Part shown: positions 1-9,593 of the stretch, piece by piece
How positions within the stretch are numbered: the first letter of the stretch is position 1
Layout of the letters: the number at the start of each line of letters is the position of its first letter
Source: an uncultured virus (IMG/VR IMGVR_UViG_3300018494_000116)
Taxonomy: Duplodnaviria; Heunggongvirae; Uroviricota; Caudoviricetes
Reading direction: 5' to 3' (one strand)
DNA length: 64,000 nt
IMG/VR virus record: IMGVR_UViG_3300018494_000116
Coordinates: 1 to 64,000 of that record
Notes under the pieces: model-generated
Databases searched by the model: none
Told to the model about the DNA's origin: nothing
The model's input: only the letters and a program-made list of their open reading frames with translations
Position numbers and translations under genes: made by a program

Positions 1-80
1 CTCCCCTCTTGCACTCCGCTCTCACACTCTTGGTGACGGTGGTGCAAGTACAGTTTGTTGTCCTTCCCTCTTACACTTAT

Positions 81-109
81 ATTATACCACACTTTCGTGG
101 ATTTGTCAA
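81..109 (-). promoter_or_regulatory. sigma-A/sigma70-type promoter, leftward
   Basis: Minus strand TTGACA (104-109), 17 nt spacer, TATAAT (81-86) with extended -10 TG. Confidence 0.85.
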
Positions 110-199
110 GGGGTTTTTGAAAAATTTTTCAAAAATTTTTTTCAAGTTCCGTTCACTACCCTGTTGCAACTTGGGTTTCCCTCGCCCCTTGACACTTAT

Positions 200-228
200 A
201 TTATACCACAAATCACTGAAAAAGTCAA
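200..228 (-). promoter_or_regulatory. sigma-A-type promoter, leftward
   Basis: TTGACT (223-228), 17 nt, TATAAT (200-205); shares the 19-nt repeat ACACTTATATTATACCACA with the promoter at 81-109. Confidence 0.8.
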
Positions 229-333
229 TCCTCTTCCTCAAAAATTTTGCACAAATTTATACTGCGTGCACCCCAACTTTTTGTGCAAGTTACCGGGTCG
301 CGCCCGGACGCGCTCGTTAAATTTCAACAATGC

Positions 334-360
334 AAAAGGGAGAGGGTTTACACCCTCTCC
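334..360 (-). terminator. intrinsic terminator
   Basis: Stem GGAGAGGG/CCCTCTCC with T-tract on the minus strand, at the end of ORF 348-752. Confidence 0.6.
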
Positions 361-752
361 GCTAACCATTGAAGCATCGCCTTGCTTTCGCTTTTAAGCC
401 TTAACTTTGTAGCACCACCGTTTTTTGCGCTCTCAGTTGTGATTGTAGCGAAAGCATTTACAAACTCAATATATAGTGCCTTTGTCATTATGTAGGCTAT
501 GCTCATATCCTTGACAACATAAGCAAAACGGCTTGCTTTGTCATTTGAGAGATATGCATTGATATCTGTGCCCTTGCAGACGCTTGCTCTCGCGCTCTTG
601 ATTTGAATGTCGTCGCAGTCGGCGCCGTCGGTGTGCTTAATGTTATCGGCTTTTGTAAGCTTGCCCGTGTAAGTGTAGCGGAAAACTCGCTCCGCCTCTT
701 GTCCGTTATTTGCATAAAAACGGTCGATTTTTGCAAGTATTAATGTATCCAT
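348..752 (-). CDS. hypothetical protein, possible PD-(D/E)xK nuclease-like fold
   Basis: 134-aa ORF with AGGAG RBS and own promoter; GQEAE...ADCDDIQIKS resembles an E...D...QxK catalytic arrangement. Confidence 0.7.
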   Translation of the reverse strand: MDTLILAKIDRFYANNGQEAERVFRYTYTGKLTKADNIKHTDGADCDDIQIKSARASVCKGTDINAYLSNDKASRFAYVVKDMSIAYIMTKALYIEFVNAFATITTESAKNGGATKLRLKSESKAMLQWLAERV

Positions 753-783
753 TTGAAAAGCTCCTTGATTTATTTTCTACCCT

Positions 784-812
784 ATTTTACCATATATTTT
801 TATCTTTGTCAA
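784..812 (-). promoter_or_regulatory. sigma-A-type promoter for ORF 348-752
   Basis: TTGACA (807-812), 17 nt, TAAAAT (784-789). Confidence 0.75.
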
Positions 813-848
813 TACTTTCTATGTAGAAAAAAGAATAAATTTTTTGTA

Positions 849-950
849 CAATATGCACAAAAGCATCAAATATGAATAATGTTAAAATTTTAACAAACTT
901 TAGGCAATATGCACAAAAGTATGCCCGGGTATGCTCTTTTTTTGTGCATA
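849..950. repeat. TGCACAAAA direct and inverted repeats
   Basis: CAATATGCACAAAAG at 849-863 and 905-919; inverted TTTTGTGCATA at 940-950; palindrome GTTAAAATTTTAAC at 881-894. Confidence 0.8.
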
Positions 951-1124
951 ACGACGGGGGGGGAGTGTTAGACAAATATTACGAAATTATGAACAACCCG
1001 GGCCTGTTGTGGAAAAAAGATCGTATGAAACGAAAAATCCAATCTCAACATGTAACCAAAATCCAATTCCAACATTCTTAAATCCATTCTGCATTTCTAT
1101 TTCCAAATTACCTATTCTCCAGAA

Positions 1125-1153
1125 TTGACTTTTTGGGTAAAATGGAGTATAAT
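1125..1153 (+). promoter_or_regulatory. sigma-A-type promoter of the packaging/head operon
   Basis: TTGACT (1125-1130), 17 nt, TATAAT (1148-1153), then AAGGAG RBS and ATG at 1178. Confidence 0.85.
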
Positions 1154-1177
1154 ATATATAAAGGAGATAGAAAGACT

Positions 1178-2218
1178 ATGAGTATTTTAAAGATTGGAAA
1201 ATGTGCCCTTTGTGGCAAACTAACCGAAATATTGCCTACAAATAATCCAATTAGTGGTAGCGCTTGCTTGGATTGTTTAGTAAAGCAAATTAACCCGAAA
1301 AATCTCGAACAGGCAAACTTTTTTTGCCGCACCTATAATATCCCCTTTAAGCCAGACAAATGGACCGAACTACAAGAGCGTTTAGGAAGCAACAAAACCA
1401 TTTTTGCCGCCTACATGGAGTTATGGGCTGATGAAAATCCTGCTACCCCAGTAATGTGGGCAGAGGGACGTACCAAAGACCTGTGGACTGAAGTTAATGC
1501 GGAATGGGAGCGTTGTAATACGTTTGCGGAGCTGCTTGCAGGAATTGAACCAGTAAAGGAGCAATTCATGCGGCGAGCGAAAATAAAATGGGGCGGAGAA
1601 TATTCCTTTGAGGAATATGTGCAATTGGATAGTCTATTGGTAAGCACATTGCGCGCCGGAGATATAACCAATCCCCTTCAAATTGATGCAATTAAAAAAG
1701 CAGCTAGAATTTCCATTCAGTTGGACCAAGCTATACTTGCGGGCGACGCAAAAGGAATTAAAGATTTGACGAGCGCATATAGTACATTTACTAAAACTGC
1801 GCAAATTGATGACGTAATTCAGAGTAGCAACAAAGACGTTATTTCGACGGTCAGCGACTTGGGAGATTATATCGAACAATGTGGCGGACAGTTTAAGTAT
1901 TATGATGGCGTAGAAAGAGACGTAGTAGATAAAACTATTGCGGACTTTAAGGAATATATTAGGGTGCTTGTGCAAGACTGTACTGGGCTTGCGGCGACAC
2001 TTGAAAGTATTTCTAAATCCTATGCGCAAAAGGTAGAAGAAAATGCAAATGAAGAAGCGTTTGCGGAAGTATCTTTGGAAGATTTGATTAATGACAACGC
2101 TATTGCGGCGAATCGCGACTTGGACGCACAGCTTGCGGCTGAGGACGTTGACTTGAGTGATTTGTTTGAAGATGCTGATTTTTCTACCAATAGTTCGAGT
2201 GAAGAAGATTATTTCTAA
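1178..2218 (+). CDS. Zn-finger protein upstream of terminase (possible small terminase/packaging protein)
   Basis: CALC...CLDC motifs, acidic tail, directly precedes terL; start moved to the ATG after AAGGAG. Confidence 0.6.
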   Translation: MSILKIGKCALCGKLTEILPTNNPISGSACLDCLVKQINPKNLEQANFFCRTYNIPFKPDKWTELQERLGSNKTIFAAYMELWADENPATPVMWAEGRTKDLWTEVNAEWERCNTFAELLAGIEPVKEQFMRRAKIKWGGEYSFEEYVQLDSLLVSTLRAGDITNPLQIDAIKKAARISIQLDQAILAGDAKGIKDLTSAYSTFTKTAQIDDVIQSSNKDVISTVSDLGDYIEQCGGQFKYYDGVERDVVDKTIADFKEYIRVLVQDCTGLAATLESISKSYAQKVEENANEEAFAEVSLEDLINDNAIAANRDLDAQLAAEDVDLSDLFEDADFSTNSSSEEDYF

Positions 2219-2233
2219 TCCGGGGGAAGTATT

Positions 2234-4039
2234 ATGGAAAATATCAATTTCTCTACTGCCCTGGAAGAGGCTACTTATCTTGAACCCGAAATTGATGCCT
2301 ATATTTCCTTTTTGAATTCCTCTAATAGCGCGCAAGTTAAAATATTGCGCAAAGAACGAGTGAAGAACAATTTGGAACTATATACAAATGCACTAAACAC
2401 CTTTTTAGTGTACCCAGATATTTTGGCAGATATAATGACGCCAAAAAATAGCAGATTTTCTATGTTTTTCGCGCAACGAATTGTGTTGAGATGTATGGCA
2501 CGACATCGTCAAACCTTTGCAACTTACACTCGTGCGTTTTCTAAGTCTTTCTTGGCTTTTTACCAGCAATATACAAGCAGTATGATTGTGCCACGTAGTA
2601 ACGGTTTCGTTACTGCTGGTACGAAAAGTCAGGCTGCGCAAATTGCAAAAGAAAAAGTTATTCAAGACTTATGGGTGAAATTTCCGCTTCTGAAAAATGA
2701 AATGCAGAAGCGTGGTATCAAGGCAGCCTATACAGAGGGTACTGACTATGCAGAATTTAGATTTACTAGTGGTAGTGTGTTCGACGTTGTTGGCGGTCAC
2801 CCAAGAGGTATGCGTAGACACCATGGAATTTTCGAGGAAGTTATTGAACAAGACCCCGTAGTGGTTAATGAAGAAGTTATACCCCTTATGAATGCTCAGC
2901 GTACTAACTGTCGCGGCGAAGTTAATCCTAATGAGCCTCATGGCCAGAAGATTTATATCACAACCGCAGGATTTCAAGGTACATTTGCATATGATAAAAA
3001 TATAGAAACTCTTTGTTATTGCGCGCTTGACCCAGACCATTATATGATACTGGGCGGAAGTTATGTTATTCCTCTTATGCACGGGCGCCTAGAAGCTCAA
3101 ACAATGCGCGAAATTATTTCTTCGCCCAGTTTTGATCGAGGATCATTAGACCGAGAATATAAATCTCGTTGGAGCGGGGCGCAGTCTGGAGCAGCATTTG
3201 GCCCTTCTGTTATTGCGGCGATGCGTCAAATTAGACGTGCCGAAGAGCATGCAATGGAATTGGACAAAGAGGAATTTTATATTGTAACTGCTGATATGGC
3301 GAAGGATGGTAGTGCGGATACTGCGGTAATAGTAATTAGAGTATCTCCTGGTCCTCATATGTTTAACTATAAAATGGTCAACCTGTTTGTTATAAATAGT
3401 ACGGACTATGAAGTAGTTGCAAATGAGTTAAAAAAGACTATAGCGACTTATGAAGCTAGAATGTTTGTTTATGACGCCAACGGTATTGGAGCAGCGCTTC
3501 GCGATTGGATAAATAAGCCCACAAAAGATAGAGATACTGGATTAGAATTGCCTGGTTATGGCATTATCAATCCTCCCAAGAGTGCGGAAAAAGATATAAT
3601 TAGATATCCTAAATATCGCACACTTTGTTATGAAATTAAATCAGGTGGTAAAGAGGGAGAACACATACACAGAATTTTCTTTTCTCGTGTAAGTAATGGT
3701 TCTGTTAGAGGTCTGATTAAGATGCACGAAGCATTGACCAGATTTTCTCAAAACAAAAATTTCTTGCGCGCGTCTGAAGCAACAAAGCGTGCAAAACTTC
3801 AACCCTATAGATATATGGATCTAATGGAAGAAGAACTTAAAAACCTCATTATTATTGATACTAGCGATAATGTGTCTAACACACTTCGTATTGATAGACG
3901 CAATAAGAAAATTCAAAAAGACTTTTTCTCTGCGGCCGAATACGGAATTTATGCGGTATCAACTCAAATAGAACAAGAATATTATAAAAAGAGACAAAAG
4001 AAGTCGTATTCTTGGGCAGATGCGGTTTTGATAAACTAA
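2234..4039 (+). CDS. terL: terminase large subunit
   Basis: RAFSKSF Walker-A variant, RGMRRHHGIFEE, ITTAG coupling motif, nuclease residues ADMAKDG, YDANGIG and KDFFSA. Confidence 0.9.
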   Translation: MENINFSTALEEATYLEPEIDAYISFLNSSNSAQVKILRKERVKNNLELYTNALNTFLVYPDILADIMTPKNSRFSMFFAQRIVLRCMARHRQTFATYTRAFSKSFLAFYQQYTSSMIVPRSNGFVTAGTKSQAAQIAKEKVIQDLWVKFPLLKNEMQKRGIKAAYTEGTDYAEFRFTSGSVFDVVGGHPRGMRRHHGIFEEVIEQDPVVVNEEVIPLMNAQRTNCRGEVNPNEPHGQKIYITTAGFQGTFAYDKNIETLCYCALDPDHYMILGGSYVIPLMHGRLEAQTMREIISSPSFDRGSLDREYKSRWSGAQSGAAFGPSVIAAMRQIRRAEEHAMELDKEEFYIVTADMAKDGSADTAVIVIRVSPGPHMFNYKMVNLFVINSTDYEVVANELKKTIATYEARMFVYDANGIGAALRDWINKPTKDRDTGLELPGYGIINPPKSAEKDIIRYPKYRTLCYEIKSGGKEGEHIHRIFFSRVSNGSVRGLIKMHEALTRFSQNKNFLRASEATKRAKLQPYRYMDLMEEELKNLIIIDTSDNVSNTLRIDRRNKKIQKDFFSAAEYGIYAVSTQIEQEYYKKRQKKSYSWADAVLIN

Positions 4040-4057
4040 TAATGGTGAGGCAAACAA

Positions 4058-5581
4058 ATGAAAGTAAAATCAATACAAACAGAAGAATTGCAAAAAACTG
4101 CAACTTCTCTTGCTACGAAGTTTAAAATAACTCGTAGCGCAATAGAAGAGATGTATAAAGATGATGCGAGTATTGGTCGAAATGTAAACCAAAATCGCAA
4201 TGAATCAACATCAATAGGCTCTCTTACTGTTGATTCTTTTAATACAAACTATTATAATGTTAATAACCTTTCTGTTGTTAGACAATATTCTAGAGAAGCA
4301 TATACTTTTTATCCAATTTATGCAACTCTTATTGATAGTTTGAAAAATATGTTTTACTGGCGTTATACCTTTTATCCTCGCCTAGTAAAAGAAAAACAAA
4401 AGACTGCCGATTATGAAGAAATTTATTTTAACATGGCGGAGGTTGTTGATGGATTGTCTATCGAAACAACTTTTCCGCATTTGTTGGGTAAATTATTTAT
4501 AGACGGTGCCTTGTTTGTAACTACTGTAAAAAGAACTGGTTCTAAAACAATTTCAACTATTGTTTTACCGCCAGAGCGCTGTAGAATTACAGGCACAACA
4601 CAATTTGGCACTAATGTGTTCCAGTTTGATTTTGGTTATTTTGATGACCAAGGTTTTACAAAAGAACAGTTAGACCTTTTGTTCCCAATGTATCCCTCCG
4701 AAATGAAGGCGATGTATGATGCATATAAAGAGGACGCAAATCTTCGTTGGCAAAAACTTAGTCCTAAGTTTTCTGCGGGCTTTGTTTTAAATGACAAGAC
4801 TTTTCCTTCATATTTACGCTCTCTTGGCGCTATTATACAATATGACCAATACAGAGCTAATGAATTGGAGCGCAATGAACAGCAACTTGTTAAGATTATT
4901 GCGCACAAGATGCCTACTTGGGAAGATAAATTAGTAGTTGAAATTCCCGAAATGACAGCTTTACACAAGAGTATGAGTAAAACACTTACAAGAAATAAGT
5001 ATGTGCGTATGCTTACTACTTTTGGTGATTTAGATGTTTTGTCTATTGGCGAAGATCAAACAAAAGAAAATAAAACGCTTTCTAATGCATATGCAGCTAT
5101 TTACAATGTTGATGGTGAAAATGAGAATTTATATAGTGGAACTTCAAAAGAGTCGTTAGAATTTTCTCTTCGCCGTAAAGAATCTATTGTATGGCAGTAT
5201 GTACAAGATTTGGTTGCGTTTTATAATTTAACAATAAACAATCAATTTAATTTCAAGGGTTATCAATGTAGTCTTAATATGTTGCCATTATCCGTATATA
5301 ACTTTAGCAATATGCTTCTGCAATATAAAGAGGGCGCTACCTTAGGTGCTTCTAAGCTAGAGTATGTCGTTGGTTTGGGTACAAAGCAAGTAGACATCCC
5401 AAGCAAGGTTGAACTTGAAGATTTCTTGAAATTGAATGAATTAACTCCGTTATCTACTTCTTATACTGGCGGCGCTAATGCGGCAGGAATGGTTAACAAG
5501 ATAGAAGAAAAAACTGAAACAGAAACCAAACCTGACTCCGCAAAAGAAGATGTACCCGTAGAAGAAGAAGAAGAAAAATAA
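4058..5581 (+). CDS. portal protein
   Basis: 507 aa directly after terL; PLSTSYT C-terminal motif seen in portals of large Firmicutes phages. Confidence 0.8.
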   Translation: MKVKSIQTEELQKTATSLATKFKITRSAIEEMYKDDASIGRNVNQNRNESTSIGSLTVDSFNTNYYNVNNLSVVRQYSREAYTFYPIYATLIDSLKNMFYWRYTFYPRLVKEKQKTADYEEIYFNMAEVVDGLSIETTFPHLLGKLFIDGALFVTTVKRTGSKTISTIVLPPERCRITGTTQFGTNVFQFDFGYFDDQGFTKEQLDLLFPMYPSEMKAMYDAYKEDANLRWQKLSPKFSAGFVLNDKTFPSYLRSLGAIIQYDQYRANELERNEQQLVKIIAHKMPTWEDKLVVEIPEMTALHKSMSKTLTRNKYVRMLTTFGDLDVLSIGEDQTKENKTLSNAYAAIYNVDGENENLYSGTSKESLEFSLRRKESIVWQYVQDLVAFYNLTINNQFNFKGYQCSLNMLPLSVYNFSNMLLQYKEGATLGASKLEYVVGLGTKQVDIPSKVELEDFLKLNELTPLSTSYTGGANAAGMVNKIEEKTETETKPDSAKEDVPVEEEEEK

Positions 5582-5601
5582 AAACACAACTGAGGTACAA
5601 A

Positions 5602-7047
5602 ATGAATAAGTTTAGTATTCCGGCTTTTGTTGAGGAGCTTACTCCAGATGCGGCAAATGCTAAATATTCAAAAGCAAAGTTGAAGATTTACTATATTGGA
5701 GAAACAGTAGACAAGAGATTGTTTACCAAAGAATTTTCTGATAAGTTGCTTTCTTCTATTGCTTACACTCCTGTTGTTGGCTTTTATTCGGTAGCTGATG
5801 AAGATTTTGTTGGTCACAACAATGTTCAAAATATTTATGGTTTAGTACCAGAAAGTGCTACTTTAGAATATGTAGAAGATGCCGCACAGGGTGTTACATT
5901 TGCTGTAACTGACATTATCTTGTACACAGGAAGACCTGATGATACTGGTGTTATTGCTTCTAAGATTATTGGCAAACAACATTCTTTAGAGCTTGACCCC
6001 AATTCTGTTCAGTACAAAATCAATCGCGATAGTGCGGGCAATTTTAAGAACCTTGAGTTTACCGACGGCGAACTTATTGGACTTAGTGTTCTTGGAGACA
6101 ATGACACTCCTGCATTTACCGGTTCTGAATTCTTTAGTGCTGTTGAACTTCCTGATTTTATTACAGACGAAAACAAGAGTAAGTATCAGGCGTTATTCAG
6201 CGCTATGTTCAATGTAGAGCCTACGGCTGAAGAAGTTGTAACTGAAATTTATAGAACTTTAGAGTCCCAGCGCATTTATGGTTATGTTTGTGAGCATAAG
6301 CCAGAGAATTATGTTGTAGTTTGCAGCGATTATGGAATTTATAACCGCTATCAAATGAGCCGCGATACAGATGGTTCGTTGCAACTTACTTTGGAGTGCA
6401 GTGTTCGCAATCGTTATTTAAGCGATGAAGAAATTGAAGTTCTAACGAACGCAAAGAAAGGCACTACTGAGATTTTTGAAGATGGTAATCAAACACAAAC
6501 TGAGCCAGTTGTTGGAACAGAAACAAACGAGGGCGATAGTACCCCCGCATTTGTTGATGGTGGAACAGACACAAATGCAACAACAATCGACCCAGAAGAC
6601 AAAAACAAAAACAAAGATGACAAGTTCTCAGAAGACAACGACGGAAAGTCAAAAGAAGAAGATGAAGAATTCCAAGCTTTACGAAGCAATTGCGAGCGTC
6701 TTGAAGCTACAGTTTCTGAATTAACTGCTTCTATTGAAATTCTCACTCAGTCATCTAATGAAGCACAAGAAAGATTTGCTTCATTGCAAATAATTTATAA
6801 AGACAATATTCTTACCTGTTATTCTCATTTGCTTGATGCAGAAACGATAGAAAAGTTTAGAAACGGCGAATATACAGTTGAAGAATTAGTCAATGGTTTA
6901 GCTGACGCGTATGCGGCAACACAAACCAATACAGATTCAGTGATATTTGAAATATCAAATATAGACAACGTGCCAAGTGACTACAACGAGTGTGATGAGG
7001 CAGCAGTTGTTCAAAAATATAAAAATATGAATAGAGGTAAAAACTAA
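5602..7047 (+). CDS. prohead protease/scaffold protein
   Basis: Between portal and capsid; protease-like N-terminal domain (DFVGH, QHSLEL, GLSVLG..PAF) plus acidic/coiled-coil C-terminus. Confidence 0.7.
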   Translation: MNKFSIPAFVEELTPDAANAKYSKAKLKIYYIGETVDKRLFTKEFSDKLLSSIAYTPVVGFYSVADEDFVGHNNVQNIYGLVPESATLEYVEDAAQGVTFAVTDIILYTGRPDDTGVIASKIIGKQHSLELDPNSVQYKINRDSAGNFKNLEFTDGELIGLSVLGDNDTPAFTGSEFFSAVELPDFITDENKSKYQALFSAMFNVEPTAEEVVTEIYRTLESQRIYGYVCEHKPENYVVVCSDYGIYNRYQMSRDTDGSLQLTLECSVRNRYLSDEEIEVLTNAKKGTTEIFEDGNQTQTEPVVGTETNEGDSTPAFVDGGTDTNATTIDPEDKNKNKDDKFSEDNDGKSKEEDEEFQALRSNCERLEATVSELTASIEILTQSSNEAQERFASLQIIYKDNILTCYSHLLDAETIEKFRNGEYTVEELVNGLADAYAATQTNTDSVIFEISNIDNVPSDYNECDEAAVVQKYKNMNRGKN

Positions 7048-7586
7048 TGATTATGAGTTTCCTTCCTACATTCAAGGTATTCGAAATGAACAACCTTTGC
7101 GGTTTGCGCAATGGTCATATTCTGGCTAATATGCCCGCAGATATGGAAAGCATTGCTAAGGTAACCGTAGGTGGCAACGATTACATTGAAAATGGTATCA
7201 TTCTTGGTCTCGATGCTGAGGGTACTGTAAGTAATTACGATCCTTCGAAGCACACCGTGCCTTTCGTACATTATACTGAAGAGCTTCTTACTTACTTCAA
7301 TGAGCTTAGACTTTTTGCTGAGCCTGTTGTAGATGGTGTTGTTTATCCTCGTTGTATCGGACTTTATGTTGGTGATACTTTCACTACTAACAACTACACT
7401 GGCGAAATTGAAGGTAATGGTTATGCAAAGGTAACTGATGGTGTTCTTACACTTCAGGCAGATGCTGAGGGCGCTATGTTTAAGGCTACTGCTTCTACTC
7501 TTCCTGACGGAAGCGAAGCATACGAATTCCTTTATCTTGGTGTAATAGAGGCAATTGAAGAAGAGGTGACTGAAGATGGCAACTAA
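7047..7586 (+). CDS. capsid decoration/structural protein
   Basis: Precedes MCP, high-expression codon use, VGDTFTTN motif. Confidence 0.6.
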   Translation: MIMSFLPTFKVFEMNNLCGLRNGHILANMPADMESIAKVTVGGNDYIENGIILGLDAEGTVSNYDPSKHTVPFVHYTEELLTYFNELRLFAEPVVDGVVYPRCIGLYVGDTFTTNNYTGEIEGNGYAKVTDGVLTLQADAEGAMFKATASTLPDGSEAYEFLYLGVIEAIEEEVTEDGN

Positions 7587-8604
7587 ACAAGAACTTAAAA
7601 CACTTTTTAGAGCAGCTATAGCTCCTGCAGATCCTTCTAAGTTTTCCGCAGTAGATGCAAATGAGGCTGCAGTTAATGCAATTCTTGAAACATATGGTTT
7701 GGAGAATGCTTCCGCTCGTGAAATTCGCGCTCACAAGGCTGAAATTTTTGCTATGCTTGAAGAGGTTATTCAGGAACAGCTTCCAAAAGCAATCACTGAT
7801 ATTGTAGGTGGTTTTACAGAAGTTAAGACATTTGCTCGTGATGCAGAGCCAATCTTTGAAATTAGAGGAATTGGTAAGCGTAGAGCTAGACTTGGTATTA
7901 TTGAAGGTTCTCGTGGTGGTATCTATAAGGCAAGACGTCTTGATAATAAGAGCTTCCAGGTTACTACTAAGACTTGGACCGTAAAGGTATTTGTTACTCT
8001 TGAGGATATCCTTCTTGGTAACTATTCTCTTGCAGAATTGATGGCTAATATTCGCGATGGTTTTGTAGAGAAGATTTATATTGCAGCAGTACAGGCGCTT
8101 AGAACTGCTAAGACTCATGCACCTGCAGCTAACATCGATGCTGGTAATGGTTTCGTTAAGGCAACTGTTGATAGACTTATTTCTATTGCTAATCAGTATG
8201 GCGATGCTATCATTATGGGCTTTAGACCTGCAATTTCTAAGATTGACAATGGTGCAGGTTGGGCAACTGTTCCTAATCATACAACTGCTGATGCAGATGA
8301 TATCCGCAATCGTGGTTTTGTAACTATGTATAAGGGTATTCCTGTAGTTGAGCTTCCTAACTATCTTGCAGATGAAAATAATACTAACTGGGTATTCAAG
8401 GAGGGTGATATGTTCATTCTTCCTGCAACTTCTAAGCCCGTTAAGGTAGCTATGAAGGGTGACCTTGTTATTGTTGAGGATGCTCATCCAAGTGGTTCGG
8501 TTGAACAGAATGCACATCGTATAGTGGGTGTTGGTCTTACTCTTGTTAATGATGTTTGCGTTTATACTGACGAAGACATTGTTGACGGCGAAGGCGCTGT
8601 TTAA
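7576..8604 (+). CDS. major capsid protein
   Basis: 342 aa, position, strong codon bias, G..TMYKGIPVVELPN motif, followed by hairpin. Confidence 0.8.
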   Translation: MATKQELKTLFRAAIAPADPSKFSAVDANEAAVNAILETYGLENASAREIRAHKAEIFAMLEEVIQEQLPKAITDIVGGFTEVKTFARDAEPIFEIRGIGKRRARLGIIEGSRGGIYKARRLDNKSFQVTTKTWTVKVFVTLEDILLGNYSLAELMANIRDGFVEKIYIAAVQALRTAKTHAPAANIDAGNGFVKATVDRLISIANQYGDAIIMGFRPAISKIDNGAGWATVPNHTTADADDIRNRGFVTMYKGIPVVELPNYLADENNTNWVFKEGDMFILPATSKPVKVAMKGDLVIVEDAHPSGSVEQNAHRIVGVGLTLVNDVCVYTDEDIVDGEGAV

Positions 8605-8633
8605 TATAGGAAATAATTGTTAAATATATATTT

Positions 8634-8652
8634 GGGGTGGAAAACCCACCCC
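8634..8652 (+). terminator. hairpin after capsid gene
   Basis: GGGGTGG/CCACCCC stem, weak T tract. Confidence 0.55.
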
Positions 8653-8674
8653 TTAACGAAAGGATTTTAGATAA

Positions 8675-9157
8675 ATGGCAGAACAGTTAAATTTTTATGA
8701 TATTGTAAAGAATTGTAAGGGCGGACTTAGTTTAAGAATGCCTTCATATGATATGACTACGCCTGAGCGTTTGGTTGTTATTCCTTACAATATAAAAAAA
8801 GTAAGAATTCCTCGTACTTTTGCTCTTGGAATTTTTACAAATCCTACTCTTGAAAGGATGTATAAACAAGGAAAGTTTAAGATAGAACCCGTCAAACAGT
8901 TTGAAGCAGAGGTTGCTGAAATTTTCTTCCCAGTTGAAGATAAAGTTGTTGCGGCTTCAGAAGAGGAAATTACTTTGGCTTTAAAACAGGGCAATAGAAA
9001 AGCTATCCGTGAATTTATACAAGGTAACGATGTAAATCGGGATAATGTTATTATACTTGCAAGAGAACATATCAATGAACTTCCCTTGTCAATGATCGAC
9101 GATTTGAATAAAATTCTCGGCGTTGAGTTGCAGGTAGAAGATGCGTCAATGGAATAA
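8675..9157 (+). CDS. hypothetical virion/head-completion protein
   Basis: 160-aa ORF with RBS within the structural operon. Confidence 0.6.
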   Translation: MAEQLNFYDIVKNCKGGLSLRMPSYDMTTPERLVVIPYNIKKVRIPRTFALGIFTNPTLERMYKQGKFKIEPVKQFEAEVAEIFFPVEDKVVAASEEEITLALKQGNRKAIREFIQGNDVNRDNVIILAREHINELPLSMIDDLNKILGVELQVEDASME

Positions 9158-9593
9158 GTTTTTATTTCCCCTGTTTTTATCTACGCTGAGTAGTTGTACT
9201 TTAGCGTCTTATACGAACGAAGAGCTTGAGCAGGCACTGAATGAATTTGCAGTGCGTGCCATTGCTCGGTTTCGTTTTCCGCGCATTGATTTAGCATATA
9301 TAATTAATGAAAATGGCGAAGGTAGTTTTGTAAATAATATTACTATGTCAGAACTTGAAGTAATTTTGTGCTGGATGAAAGTACTTTGGTTAGAATACCA
9401 ACTTTCAAAGGAGAGAAATTATGAAAATCTTTATGCGGACAAAGACGTTAAAGCATTTTCTAGTGGTAATTTGATTGCAAGTATAGTGAAAGCCTTAGAG
9501 GCATTTACTACGCAGGCTCGCAAAACAGAGGAGTTTTATTATAGAAGCTATAATGGAACTCCGACGATAGGAGATGTAAACGCAGATGAGTAA
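9141..9593 (+). CDS. head-tail adaptor-like protein
   Basis: Position after capsid; helical 150-aa protein. Confidence 0.55.
   Translation: MRQWNKFLFPLFLSTLSSCTLASYTNEELEQALNEFAVRAIARFRFPRIDLAYIINENGEGSFVNNITMSELEVILCWMKVLWLEYQLSKERNYENLYADKDVKAFSSGNLIASIVKALEAFTTQARKTEEFYYRSYNGTPTIGDVNADE

Noticed and set aside
840..1110. CRISPR-like array
   Set aside because: Repeats are short, few and irregularly spaced; no repeat-spacer periodicity and no cas genes.
9..1332. Short ORFs 9-320, 164-397, 787-975, 872-1081 and 1108-1332
   Set aside because: They overlap promoters and repeats, lack an RBS and look non-coding.
7495..8517. 340-aa antisense ORF over the capsid gene and similar shadow ORFs
   Set aside because: Explained by codon bias of the sense gene; no RBS or recognisable motifs.
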